Of a stretch of 64,000 nt of DNA, positions 10,784 to 19,036 are shown piece after piece; positions within the stretch are counted from its first letter, which is position 1, and the number at the start of each line of letters is the position of its first letter. Below the pieces are notes generated by a model, which saw only the letters and a program-made list of their open reading frames with translations, was not told the origin of the DNA and ran no database searches. The translations under genes and the position numbers were made by a program. This stretch comes from Planctomycetota bacterium (GTDB taxonomy: Bacteria > Planctomycetota > Phycisphaerae > WQYP01): contig JAKBMM010000008.1 of the NCBI GenBank assembly GCA_021831565.1, forward strand, positions 11,964 to 75,963, read 5' to 3'.

Positions 10784-12262
10784 ATGGATATCAAGCATAT
10801 TTTACTTCTCGGTCTGGTTCTGCTGACGGCGGCCAGCGTGCTCACGGATGTGAATTTGCCGTCCCATCGCCGCCGGTATCCGGTGTTGCATTGGGTGACC
10901 GATGACAACCCGGCGCGTGTGGTGGAGTTGGCGCCTCTGAAAAACTGGTTGCGCCGGCATCGCTATCCGATGTTCACGGTTCACCTGGATTTCGCCAATG
11001 ACGACATGTCCAAGTTCGTCATTCAGGGAGTTTCCGGCGATGCGGATACTCTGGTCGATACATTTGATGACGATCTGGATTATCTGCACGACTGCAATTT
11101 GCTTTATAACCTCACGCCGGACGCCAAAAAGATGGGCTTCGATCTAAGCCACACCTATCCCGCCGTCAAGGCGACCGTGGTGCGTAATGGCAGGCAATAT
11201 CTGTATCCGACCAATGTCAACGTACTGGATTATTGGGTAAACAAGGCCGCCTTTGCCAAATATCATCAGCCACCGCCGCCGCGAACCTGGACTTTTGCCG
11301 AATTTCAACGGATCGGCCGGGCGTTCGTGCGGGCCGCCAATCCGCCTGGCCGGCGGCCCAAAGTATTTTTTACCAACTCTGTCGATACCCGTATCATGCG
11401 GCGAAGTTTGGGGTTATCCGCTTTCAACGAAACACTTACCCGCTGTACGCTTGCCGACCCGCGCTACGTGCGCGTGCTGCGGCTGATGTATCGCTGGACC
11501 TTTGTGGACCATCTTTTGCCGACGCCCGCCGAAGAGGCTTCCTTCGCGACTCATCCCGGCTACGGCGGGCCGGATTTCCAGATGTTCAACAATGGCCAGT
11601 TCGCCATGTTGTACACCGGGCGCTGGATGCTGATCCAACTGCGCAAGTTTTATAAAACCACCGGCCCCGTGCCGCTGGCCGTGTGCGAACCGCCTTACGG
11701 AAATTTTCCCAACGCCCTTTTGTTCACGCGGGCCACGGGTATTTATATAGGTTCGCCGCGCAAAAAACTCGCGGAGTATTTTTTGAAGTATCTGACCAGT
11801 CGCGCTTACAACATGCAGATCATCCGCGATGGCGACGCGGAACCTCCGAATCCCGTCTATGCGCGTTCGCGGCGGTTTCTTGATCCTCCCCAATACCCCA
11901 ACGAATGGGGATGCACGGCTGTGGAAGTCCGGGCCATTCAAACCATCGCCATACCCAGGGCATACAGCCCCTTCGTTCTTCCCTGGACAGTCTCGCGCAT
12001 TATGCGAACCGACGCCGAGGCCGGCTTCATGGCCGGCATTTACACCGCCCGCCAGGCGGCGAGTCTTGCGGCGGATCGCATCAATCGACATATCATCCAT
12101 AACATTCGTCATAGCCAACGACTGCGGCGCCTTTATGATAAACTCCGGCGCCGGCAGAAAATCATCGATTGTTTACGAAAAGAGAAGCGAAAAGTTCCCT
12201 TGCGGCTGATTACCAATCCCTTTTACCGGCGCTATTACGTTGCCAAAGGCTGGGCTCGTTGA
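10784..12262 (+). CDS. Probable extracellular solute-binding protein of a sugar ABC transporter
   Basis: N-terminal signal-like segment MDIKHILLLGLVLLTAASVL. Immediately precedes two MalF/MalG-type permease genes. Assignment rests mostly on context; the sequence is only weakly family-1-SBP-like. The ORF extends upstream to 10658. Confidence 0.45.
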   Translation: MDIKHILLLGLVLLTAASVLTDVNLPSHRRRYPVLHWVTDDNPARVVELAPLKNWLRRHRYPMFTVHLDFANDDMSKFVIQGVSGDADTLVDTFDDDLDYLHDCNLLYNLTPDAKKMGFDLSHTYPAVKATVVRNGRQYLYPTNVNVLDYWVNKAAFAKYHQPPPPRTWTFAEFQRIGRAFVRAANPPGRRPKVFFTNSVDTRIMRRSLGLSAFNETLTRCTLADPRYVRVLRLMYRWTFVDHLLPTPAEEASFATHPGYGGPDFQMFNNGQFAMLYTGRWMLIQLRKFYKTTGPVPLAVCEPPYGNFPNALLFTRATGIYIGSPRKKLAEYFLKYLTSRAYNMQIIRDGDAEPPNPVYARSRRFLDPPQYPNEWGCTAVEVRAIQTIAIPRAYSPFVLPWTVSRIMRTDAEAGFMAGIYTARQAASLAADRINRHIIHNIRHSQRLRRLYDKLRRRQKIIDCLRKEKRKVPLRLITNPFYRRYYVAKGWAR

Positions 12263-13739
12263 CATGCGCCGACTTCTCCGACACCGCGGCGACTTGCTCG
12301 CCGCCCTGGCTTTCCTGAGTCCGAACCTGCTGGGATTATTGGTATTCACGCTGTTCCCGCTGGGTTTCAGCATGGTCATGGCGTTTACGAACTGGAACCT
12401 GCGCCATCAGAACATGTTTAAGCCGAATCCCGTGCGGTGGGTGGGATTCGATAATTTCTGGCGATTGCTGCAGGAAGCTGATTTCTGGCGGTTCCTTGGC
12501 AATACGTTGTTTCTGATGATTGGCATTCCCTTTGCCATCGCCGGCAGTCTTTTTCTGGCCATCTTACTGAACAAGGAGTCGCGCGGCGGCGACCGCCGGA
12601 TTTATCCGCTGGTGATTTCCGTGGTGGCCGTGCTGGTCAGCGCCATGCTGCTGGGCCTGTGGGGAATGGGCGCATCCGCCATGGAACTGCTGCTGGGCAC
12701 GACGGCCGGCGGTATTCTTCTTCTGGGGGCCATCGGTGGGCGGGCGGTTTATCGCACGCTGCTGTATCTGCCGTCATTTACCAGCGGCGTAGCCATCTTT
12801 GTTCTTTGGAAAGATTTGTATAACCCGGATACCGGCCCGATCAACCTGGCCCTCCGGCCGGTGCTCCGGAATATTCAGAATGTTGTCCGGTCAATTCCGC
12901 CATTTTGGCCGCGGCTTGGTTTGTGGGCGGCCGTGTTGTTGATGGTCGCCATTCTAGCCGGCGCGTTCCGGCGCCTGGGGCGCCACTGGCGGGAGGGCGA
13001 TCTGGGAACGGGAATTTTTCTGTCGGCCACTGGCTTTATGATTATTCCCACCATTACCGCCTGGTTCTGGTTCCCGAAGGTTGGGGCGGCGTTCCTGTTG
13101 ACTCTGTTGACGGCGGCCATTGTGATCTGGCAATGGACGCCCCTGGCCGGCACGCGGGATGCCGACGGGAGGGGTGGTTCCGCCGGCGGCTTGCTGCTGG
13201 CTTTAATGACACTGCCGGCCCTTTTCGTCGTCGAAGGGCTGGGAATTGTGTGTTTCAATCTGCCCGCGCAAGCCGCCAACGGCCTGCACGCTCCCTCCTG
13301 GCTGGCCAGTTATTACTGGGCCAAGCCGGGGCTGATGATCATGTCGTTTTGGATTGCCGTCGGCTCCAACAACATGCTGTTGTACCTGGCGGGCCTGTCG
13401 AATGTGCCGCCGGAACTCTATGAGGCGGCGGATCTGGACGGCGCCTCGCGCCTGGATAAATTCCGGCACGTCACCTGGCCGATGCTGGCCCCAACCACCT
13501 TTTTTATTTGCATCATGAGCATCATCGGCGGGTTGCAGGGCGGGTGGGACATGGCGGTGGCCATGACCCAGGGAGGTCCCGCCGGCGCCACCACCACCCT
13601 CAGTTACGAGATATACGCACAAGGCTTTCAACGGGGCGCGTTTGACAAGGCCTCTGCCGTCGCCTGGATTATGTTTGTCTTCGTACTGTTGGCCACGCTG
13701 GCAAGCTGGAAATTTGGAAACCGCTATGTCAACGAATGA
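12240..13739 (+). CDS. Sugar ABC transporter permease (MalF-like)
   Basis: Multi-transmembrane protein with the EAA loop region ...EAADLDGASRLDKFRHVTWPMLAPT. Confidence 0.75.
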   Translation: MPKAGLVDMRRLLRHRGDLLAALAFLSPNLLGLLVFTLFPLGFSMVMAFTNWNLRHQNMFKPNPVRWVGFDNFWRLLQEADFWRFLGNTLFLMIGIPFAIAGSLFLAILLNKESRGGDRRIYPLVISVVAVLVSAMLLGLWGMGASAMELLLGTTAGGILLLGAIGGRAVYRTLLYLPSFTSGVAIFVLWKDLYNPDTGPINLALRPVLRNIQNVVRSIPPFWPRLGLWAAVLLMVAILAGAFRRLGRHWREGDLGTGIFLSATGFMIIPTITAWFWFPKVGAAFLLTLLTAAIVIWQWTPLAGTRDADGRGGSAGGLLLALMTLPALFVVEGLGIVCFNLPAQAANGLHAPSWLASYYWAKPGLMIMSFWIAVGSNNMLLYLAGLSNVPPELYEAADLDGASRLDKFRHVTWPMLAPTTFFICIMSIIGGLQGGWDMAVAMTQGGPAGATTTLSYEIYAQGFQRGAFDKASAVAWIMFVFVLLATLASWKFGNRYVNE

Positions 13740-14616
13740 AATCGCCGCCTGCGAATCCCCGGCGTTGCCGCGCACCGCGGCTCTCTCGCGTGCTCCCATG
13801 GCGCGCGGCTTGATCTACGCGTTGTGTTGGAATGTTCCGCTGGCCCTGATCGCCTTGACCATGGCCCTGCCGTTTATCTGGATGGTCCTTACAAGCCTCA
13901 AGCCTTTGAGCGAAGTGGGACTTGCCAATTGGTTACCCAGCCACCTGCGCTGGGAGAATTATGCCCGCGTATTCCAGGTCATCGACTTTGCGCGGTATTA
14001 CTGGAACAGCATCTTTGTGGCGGCGTGGATTACTTTTCTACAGGTTTTGACCAGCGCCATGGCCGCCTTCGCCTTTTCGCGGCTGCAATGGCCGGGGCGT
14101 AATAAAATATTCCTTCTGTACCTGGCCACCATCATGCTGCCCGGGCTGGTGATGGTTATTCCCAACTACTGGATCATGATAGAACTGCATCTGGTCAATT
14201 CATTCACCGGACTGATCCTGCCGCTGGCCTTCGGTCCATTCGGCGTGTTTCTTTTGCGGCAGTTTATGCTGACCATTCCCCCCAGCCTGGATGAATCCGC
14301 CAGGATGGATGGCGCCGGCCCCTGGCGCATCTTCTGGGACATTACCATGCCGCTTTCGCGGCCGGGTCTGATCACATTGACAATCTTCACGTTCATGGGA
14401 ACCTATCAGAATTTTTTCTGGCCGCTGGTTATGCTCAAGAGTCAGAGTCTCTACACGCTGCCCATCGGTCTGCTGTATTTCAATTCCACGTCGGGACAGG
14501 CCACAAATTTGCTGATGGCGGCCGTGACCATGTCCATCGCGCCCCTGGTGGTCATTTTCATCGTTCTGCAGAAATACATCGTCAAGGGCATACAAATCGG
14601 CGCGGTAAAAGGGTGA
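13726..14616 (+). CDS. Sugar ABC transporter permease (MalG-like)
   Basis: EAA motif ESARMDGAGPWRIFWDITMPLSRPG. Start ATG 13726 overlaps the upstream stop. Confidence 0.75.
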   Translation: MSTNEIAACESPALPRTAALSRAPMARGLIYALCWNVPLALIALTMALPFIWMVLTSLKPLSEVGLANWLPSHLRWENYARVFQVIDFARYYWNSIFVAAWITFLQVLTSAMAAFAFSRLQWPGRNKIFLLYLATIMLPGLVMVIPNYWIMIELHLVNSFTGLILPLAFGPFGVFLLRQFMLTIPPSLDESARMDGAGPWRIFWDITMPLSRPGLITLTIFTFMGTYQNFFWPLVMLKSQSLYTLPIGLLYFNSTSGQATNLLMAAVTMSIAPLVVIFIVLQKYIVKGIQIGAVKG

Positions 14617-14631
14617 CGGGATATGGCCTTC

Positions 14632-16383
14632 TTAGCCTCTTGTCCGTGTGTTGGCGCCGGGCCGCACGGTGTTATTTCTCCCGATAACAATCTTGCCGGA
14701 ATGCTTGACCAGGATCCAGTACGGCGCCGCCGGCGAAGGCGGGCCGACCAGCTTGTTCCCGCCGATGATGCCGCTGCGCGTCCAATCCACCCGGATGTCG
14801 CCGGCAAGATTCGAAACGAAGGTGTTGTCCGCAACCACGATTCGACTGTTGCCGATCGCCCCGGCGCCGGGAATTTGCCATCCGTAGACGGCTCCGTGCA
14901 CAAATACGGCGGCGTTGTCTCCGCCCGCTTTACCATTATGTATAAGTGTGTTTCTTTCGATTATTACATTGTGGCAGTACCCGGCTTCGTGCCAATGGAT
15001 TTCCTCGGGGCCAATGGATATGCCCGACATTCCACAGCCGTCAATAGTATTCCCCACGACGATGCCATTGCTTCCCTTGAGGTTCATGCCGCGCGCGCGC
15101 GTGTCGCCCAGCCGGCAGTCGATCACTTTGTACCCCTGGCCGCAGCGGCCCGGATTCGTGACATCGGCCCCCACGGGAACAGAAAGCCGGCGGTCCAGCG
15201 TGACTACACGGGTCTGATGGCGTTTGGCGCTGATCGCGATGACGCGGGCGCGCGCGAAAAAACCCTGTTTGCTGGAGATCTGAATCGGCTCACCGACCCT
15301 CAACCTGGCGTCGATCCAGGGGCGGGAGCGGATGTACCGGATCGTTATATTTCGGCCCGCGGCGGCCACAACGGTTTGGAAAAAGCCGTGAATGGCGATG
15401 CAGTCGTCGAGGAATACGCCTCGGAACACGCAACGCTCAATATCCGGACCAGGGTCGGCGCCGTAACTATGCAAACCGTCGGCTTCGTTGGTAACCAATG
15501 GTTTTTCCCTGGCGCCCGCAGGCTTGGGGCCTGATACCCATCGGCATCCAATCATGCGGTTCCCGCCCCCGCCTTGTTCGAATATTGGAGCAAAACCGTT
15601 TCGCTCCACGGTGACGTCCCGGAGAGTGCAATCTCGGCTATCGTGGAGGGAGACCTTGTGCGGCCAATTACCCAACCGCGACACCAGCCAATCCCCGACC
15701 CTGAATTCCGGACGGGGAATTCTAAAATTCAAGCGGAAACTTCGTCTTCCGACGGGCGTCATGCTGCCCCACAAGTCGGGAACGCCCGCGCGCAACCGCC
15801 GTGTCCGGCGATCGACTACGTTAAACAGGATCCGTTTCCCGTTGGTTACCTGAAATTGGCTTTCGGGAAAGTTCCCGGCGTGTATGTTGGGGAAGGGGTA
15901 GCCGGTGGCCGGCCGCCAAACGCAGGAAATTCCAGCCCTGGTCCTTTGCACGCGCGTGATCTTCCCCTGGTAGAACGTCAGCCGGGTCTGGGAAATGACG
16001 GGGCCTTCGATCGTAATATACTTACAATGGTACAATCTGAAGCATGTGCCGGAATGAATCGCGTGCATGATCAGCGTCACGTGATACGCGCCAAGCACGG
16101 CGTGTCTCCAGCCGGCCAGGTCGAAAACCGCAGCTCCCGCGCCGCTGGTGGCCGGCAGGTCGTATGTGCCGGGGTTGATTCTAATGATCCGTGCGCCACA
16201 CGCGTAGGCCCGCTCGATCTGGCGCGGCAACCGGTCGGCCTGGGCGGGGTTGCCGATGCGCACCATGTACAATGAATCGGCCGCAGTGGTATGGACATGA
16301 GAAAGGGCCGGCAGGCCTGCCAGCCACACGATTGGGAACCATACCGTTCGAGAGGCCGACCGGCCGCCGGGATGCGCTCTCAT
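14632..16383 (-). CDS. Secreted right-handed parallel beta-helix protein (pectate-lyase-fold; possible polysaccharide lyase/hydrolase)
   Basis: Repetitive beta-helix coils (NTxxxN, IGNxI-type repeats). Signal peptide MRAHPGGRSASRTVWFPIVWLAGLPALSHV, with the start chosen at 16383. The six-frame ORF's 5' extension (to 16782) overlaps a different-frame gene and is rejected. Confidence 0.6.
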   Translation of the reverse strand: MRAHPGGRSASRTVWFPIVWLAGLPALSHVHTTAADSLYMVRIGNPAQADRLPRQIERAYACGARIIRINPGTYDLPATSGAGAAVFDLAGWRHAVLGAYHVTLIMHAIHSGTCFRLYHCKYITIEGPVISQTRLTFYQGKITRVQRTRAGISCVWRPATGYPFPNIHAGNFPESQFQVTNGKRILFNVVDRRTRRLRAGVPDLWGSMTPVGRRSFRLNFRIPRPEFRVGDWLVSRLGNWPHKVSLHDSRDCTLRDVTVERNGFAPIFEQGGGGNRMIGCRWVSGPKPAGAREKPLVTNEADGLHSYGADPGPDIERCVFRGVFLDDCIAIHGFFQTVVAAAGRNITIRYIRSRPWIDARLRVGEPIQISSKQGFFARARVIAISAKRHQTRVVTLDRRLSVPVGADVTNPGRCGQGYKVIDCRLGDTRARGMNLKGSNGIVVGNTIDGCGMSGISIGPEEIHWHEAGYCHNVIIERNTLIHNGKAGGDNAAVFVHGAVYGWQIPGAGAIGNSRIVVADNTFVSNLAGDIRVDWTRSGIIGGNKLVGPPSPAAPYWILVKHSGKIVIGRNNTVRPGANTRTRG

Positions 16384-16510
16384 AAAAATCTTCTGTAAAA
16401 AATATGCGACCGTGCACGGCCTTTCGGCCAGGCGGATCCCAAAGAGTCTAATCAGCCGCGGCGTGTACTGGAATGGCCGCTGCCGCCGGCGCCACCGGGA
16501 GAAAAAAAGG

Positions 16511-16879
16511 TTAATCCAACTCGTCCTCGTCATGGAAAATGTCGTCTTCGTCGAGCGAATCATCCTCGAATTCATCATCGGAGTCTTGATCGTCATCGAA
16601 CTCTTCATCGTCTTCGTCGTCTTCCTCGTCGTCATCCTCCAGATCGTCATCTTCCTCTTCCAGATCTTCCTGTTCTTCCGCATTGCGCCGGCGCTTCGCC
16701 CAGGTTCGCGCCGCGGCGCCATGCGACCCTGCGCCGCCCAACACCTCGCCGGCGTCAAACGGCGACCAGGCGCCGTCTGCACCGGCGCACGCTGCGTTCG
16801 TCAGTGGGTTCCAAACGGGCATGATGGAGTTGTTCCCGGATACGTCTGAACTTTCCGAAGGCAAAGACATCGTGAACAT
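16511..16879 (-). CDS. Small hypothetical protein with an extremely acidic (D/E) C-terminal tail
   Basis: About 122 aa from MFTMSLP... (ATG 16879, preceded by GAGAGGA; the ORF also allows 16894). The last roughly 55 residues are almost entirely D/E (EEQEDLEEEDDDLEDDDEEDDEDDEEFDDDQDSDDEFEDD...). Confidence 0.5.
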   Translation of the reverse strand: MFTMSLPSESSDVSGNNSIMPVWNPLTNAACAGADGAWSPFDAGEVLGGAGSHGAAARTWAKRRRNAEEQEDLEEEDDDLEDDDEEDDEDDEEFDDDQDSDDEFEDDSLDEDDIFHDEDELD

Positions 16880-17078
16880 GGTTTTTCCTCTCATTAGTTC
16901 TAAAAACTTCTCCGGTCGGCCGGCGCCACAGATTATCTTTTCACCCGGGCGACTACCAGACTCCTCGGCCGGAGGGTAGACTTTACCAAGTCAAACGCCG
17001 GTAAAATACTGGTATTTTTGGACAAGTCAATCTTCGGAAGGCGGAATTATTCCAGCCGCCGGCGCGGGCGCCCGACCC

Positions 17079-17110
17079 AATCCCGGGGCGTCGCCGGCGA
17101 GCCGGGGATT
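17079..17110. promoter_or_regulatory. Inverted repeat AATCCCGGGGCG-TCGCCGGCGA-GCCGGGGATT, 17 nt upstream of the coaD start
   Basis: Arms AATCCCGG/CCGGGGATT around a perfect 10-bp palindrome TCGCCGGCGA. Shares ATCCCG..CGGGAT arms with the repeats at 17686, 50727 and 52465. Confidence 0.4.
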
Positions 17111-17126
17111 GGACGAAAGGATTCAG

Positions 17127-17669
17127 ATGAAATCGCAGGAAAAAATCGCGGTTTTTCCGGGCACGTTCGACCCTCCCACCCTGGGACATCTGGACGTCAT
17201 TCGACGCGGGCGGAACCTCTTCGATCGCCTGATCGTGGCGATTGGCCGAAATCCCGGAAAAAGTGAACTCTTTCCCGTGGGGGAGCGGTTGGAAATGCTC
17301 CGGACACTCATCGCCGACGTTCCCCAGGTGTCGGTCGAAGCTTATGAGGGGTTGACGGTGGAACTGGTGAAACGGCGCGGCGCGGCGGCTATTTTGCGCG
17401 GACTGCGGAACATGACGGACCTGGAATATGAATTCCAGCTTGCCTTGACCAATCGGGCCGTGGCCGATGTCGATACTGTTTTCATCATGACCAATGAAAG
17501 ATTTGGTTTTACCAGCAGCAGCCTGATCCGCCAGATCGCCGCGATGGGCGGCGAATTGGATAATCTCACCGGTTTGCTGCCGGTGCTGGTGATTGCGCGA
17601 TTGAAAGAGTATCGGGATCGAAAAATCGGCCCGTTCGCCCACGAACCGCCGGATAACCTTATCCGGTGA
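17127..17669 (+). CDS. coaD: Phosphopantetheine adenylyltransferase
   Basis: MKSQEKIAVFPGTFDPPTLGHLDVIRRG... (T/HxGH nucleotidyltransferase motif). RBS GAAAGGA. Confidence 0.85.
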   Translation: MKSQEKIAVFPGTFDPPTLGHLDVIRRGRNLFDRLIVAIGRNPGKSELFPVGERLEMLRTLIADVPQVSVEAYEGLTVELVKRRGAAAILRGLRNMTDLEYEFQLALTNRAVADVDTVFIMTNERFGFTSSSLIRQIAAMGGELDNLTGLLPVLVIARLKEYRDRKIGPFAHEPPDNLIR

Positions 17670-17685
17670 GATCAAGTGGGAGTCT

Positions 17686-17707
17686 AATCCCGACAGCTAT
17701 CGGGATT
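17686..17707. repeat. Near-perfect 22-bp palindrome AATCCCGACAGCTATCGGGATT between the convergent coaD and zinc-ribbon genes
   Basis: Seen directly in the sequence. Overlaps the stop codon of the minus-strand gene and may act as a bidirectional terminator-like hairpin. Confidence 0.5.
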
Positions 17708-18041
17708 CTTTCGACCCCTCGTCAGTGGTGGGGGGAGCCGCGGCGGCGACTTTGCCATCTTGATCCGCGGATTGGGCCGGCGGTTGCTTCTGTGTGATCA
17801 ATCCCAGCACACCCAGCGAAAATAAGCCCGTCCAGCCACACTGGCGACAGATCAAAGCGGCCATCGGCATACTGGTGCCGGGGAATTTGACCATGCCGGC
17901 TTTCTCATAGACGGGAATGGAAACGGGCAAATCCTGGACAACCCAACTGTTTTTCCGGCACAGAGGGCATTCCGCCTTGATACCGCGCTGACCGAGCGCT
18001 TGCACCACCGCCGGAATGTAATTCTCAAATGTCGCCATCAT
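17697..18041 (-). CDS. Hypothetical small protein with two CxxC pairs (zinc-ribbon-like)
   Basis: 114 aa. CPLCRK ... CRQCGW, with a Pro/Ala-rich tail. Confidence 0.4.
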   Translation of the reverse strand: MMATFENYIPAVVQALGQRGIKAECPLCRKNSWVVQDLPVSIPVYEKAGMVKFPGTSMPMAALICRQCGWTGLFSLGVLGLITQKQPPAQSADQDGKVAAAAPPTTDEGSKESR

Positions 18042-18459
18042 TGAACTCCTGATAACAAGGCACTGTCATTTCGATGGTTACCGGGATACGGATCGCGGCC
18101 CGATAGCTATTGGCATCAACCCCGCACTATCCATGTTCTCCGCCGGTAGGGAGTTGTACCCGGCGGACGCTAAAATTGCAAATTCCCGGCGGGCCGCTCT
18201 TGGCGGATGGTGCGACAGAGCACTGGTGGGTTTTCCAGTTGGGAGGCGGACGTATCGCCCGCCATATTGTTTTCTTCGGACAAGATGCCCGCCAGCGGGC
18301 GCAGGCGGGTGCGCGCTTCCAAGTCCCCCGAAAAATTATCACACGCAATCAGAAAACAGAACTTCCCCAAGATATTTCGTTAACGCGAATCTACAGGCAT
18401 ATACTGCCCATACGCTTTTACCTGACATGAAAGTGACGTAGAGTCCTCCTGTCATCATA

Positions 18460-19008
18460 ATGAGAAAAAATTTTGTCGATATCTTTAGAAAATTTCGTAA
18501 ACTTCCAGGGCCTTTAGGTTCGATAATCACTTTGTTAGGATTACTGGACGCACGGAGTAGTGTTGTGAGCACAACAGTAGCGTTGACGCAAGCGGAGCGG
18601 CGGCAGATTTTATCCGTGCTCAGAGAGCTTAAGCAACAGGGAGAAACGTTTGGACGAAGTCACCGGCGACGCCCGGTAGCCCAATTCATGTGGCTCAAAC
18701 GCCTTCCGAATCCGACAAACCCGCGGGGGGCCGCGTTTAAAATCCGTTCCGAGGATGTGTCCCTTAAGGGGATTGGATTTTTTACGAAACGTCGGATTTA
18801 TCGCAACGAGTATGTCGTGATCCCTCTGCAGTTCCGCGAAGGCGGAGGCCAGTTGGTGCTTTGCCGTATTTGTTTCTGTCGGCAACTTCCCAGCGGTGGG
18901 TACCGTGCGGGAGCTGAGTTTGAAGAAATGCTTCCCGATCCCAAGTGCAAAGAACGCATCCCCTCCGCCTGGCTCAAGCTTGGCTGGGCTACCTCCATCG
19001 TCGCATGA
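18460..19008 (+). CDS. PilZ domain protein (putative c-di-GMP receptor)
   Basis: RSHRR (RxxxR) followed about 30 aa later by DVSLKG (DxSxxG). The start is uncertain: ATG 18460 lies in an AT-rich stretch; the alternative GTG 18565 is preceded by GGAG. Confidence 0.5.
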   Translation: MRKNFVDIFRKFRKLPGPLGSIITLLGLLDARSSVVSTTVALTQAERRQILSVLRELKQQGETFGRSHRRRPVAQFMWLKRLPNPTNPRGAAFKIRSEDVSLKGIGFFTKRRIYRNEYVVIPLQFREGGGQLVLCRICFCRQLPSGGYRAGAEFEEMLPDPKCKERIPSAWLKLGWATSIVA

Positions 19009-19036
19009 TTTTTCTTAGTCCTGTTGAGATAGGCTC

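Noticed and set aside
16384-16782. N-terminal 133 codons of the six-frame ORF 14632..16782 (MQTAPGRR...KTTKTMKSSMTIKTPMM...)
   Set aside because: This stretch is basic, repetitive and low-complexity. It overlaps, in another frame, the better-supported acidic-tail gene (16511-16879) and precedes a clean signal peptide that starts at MRAHPGG (16383). It is taken to be a spurious 5' extension.
18515-18560. tRNA-like T-arm resemblance (AGGTTCGATAATCAC) in the AT-rich segment
   Set aside because: No acceptor-stem complementarity, no D-arm or anticodon-arm structure, and no CCA context. This is not a tRNA.
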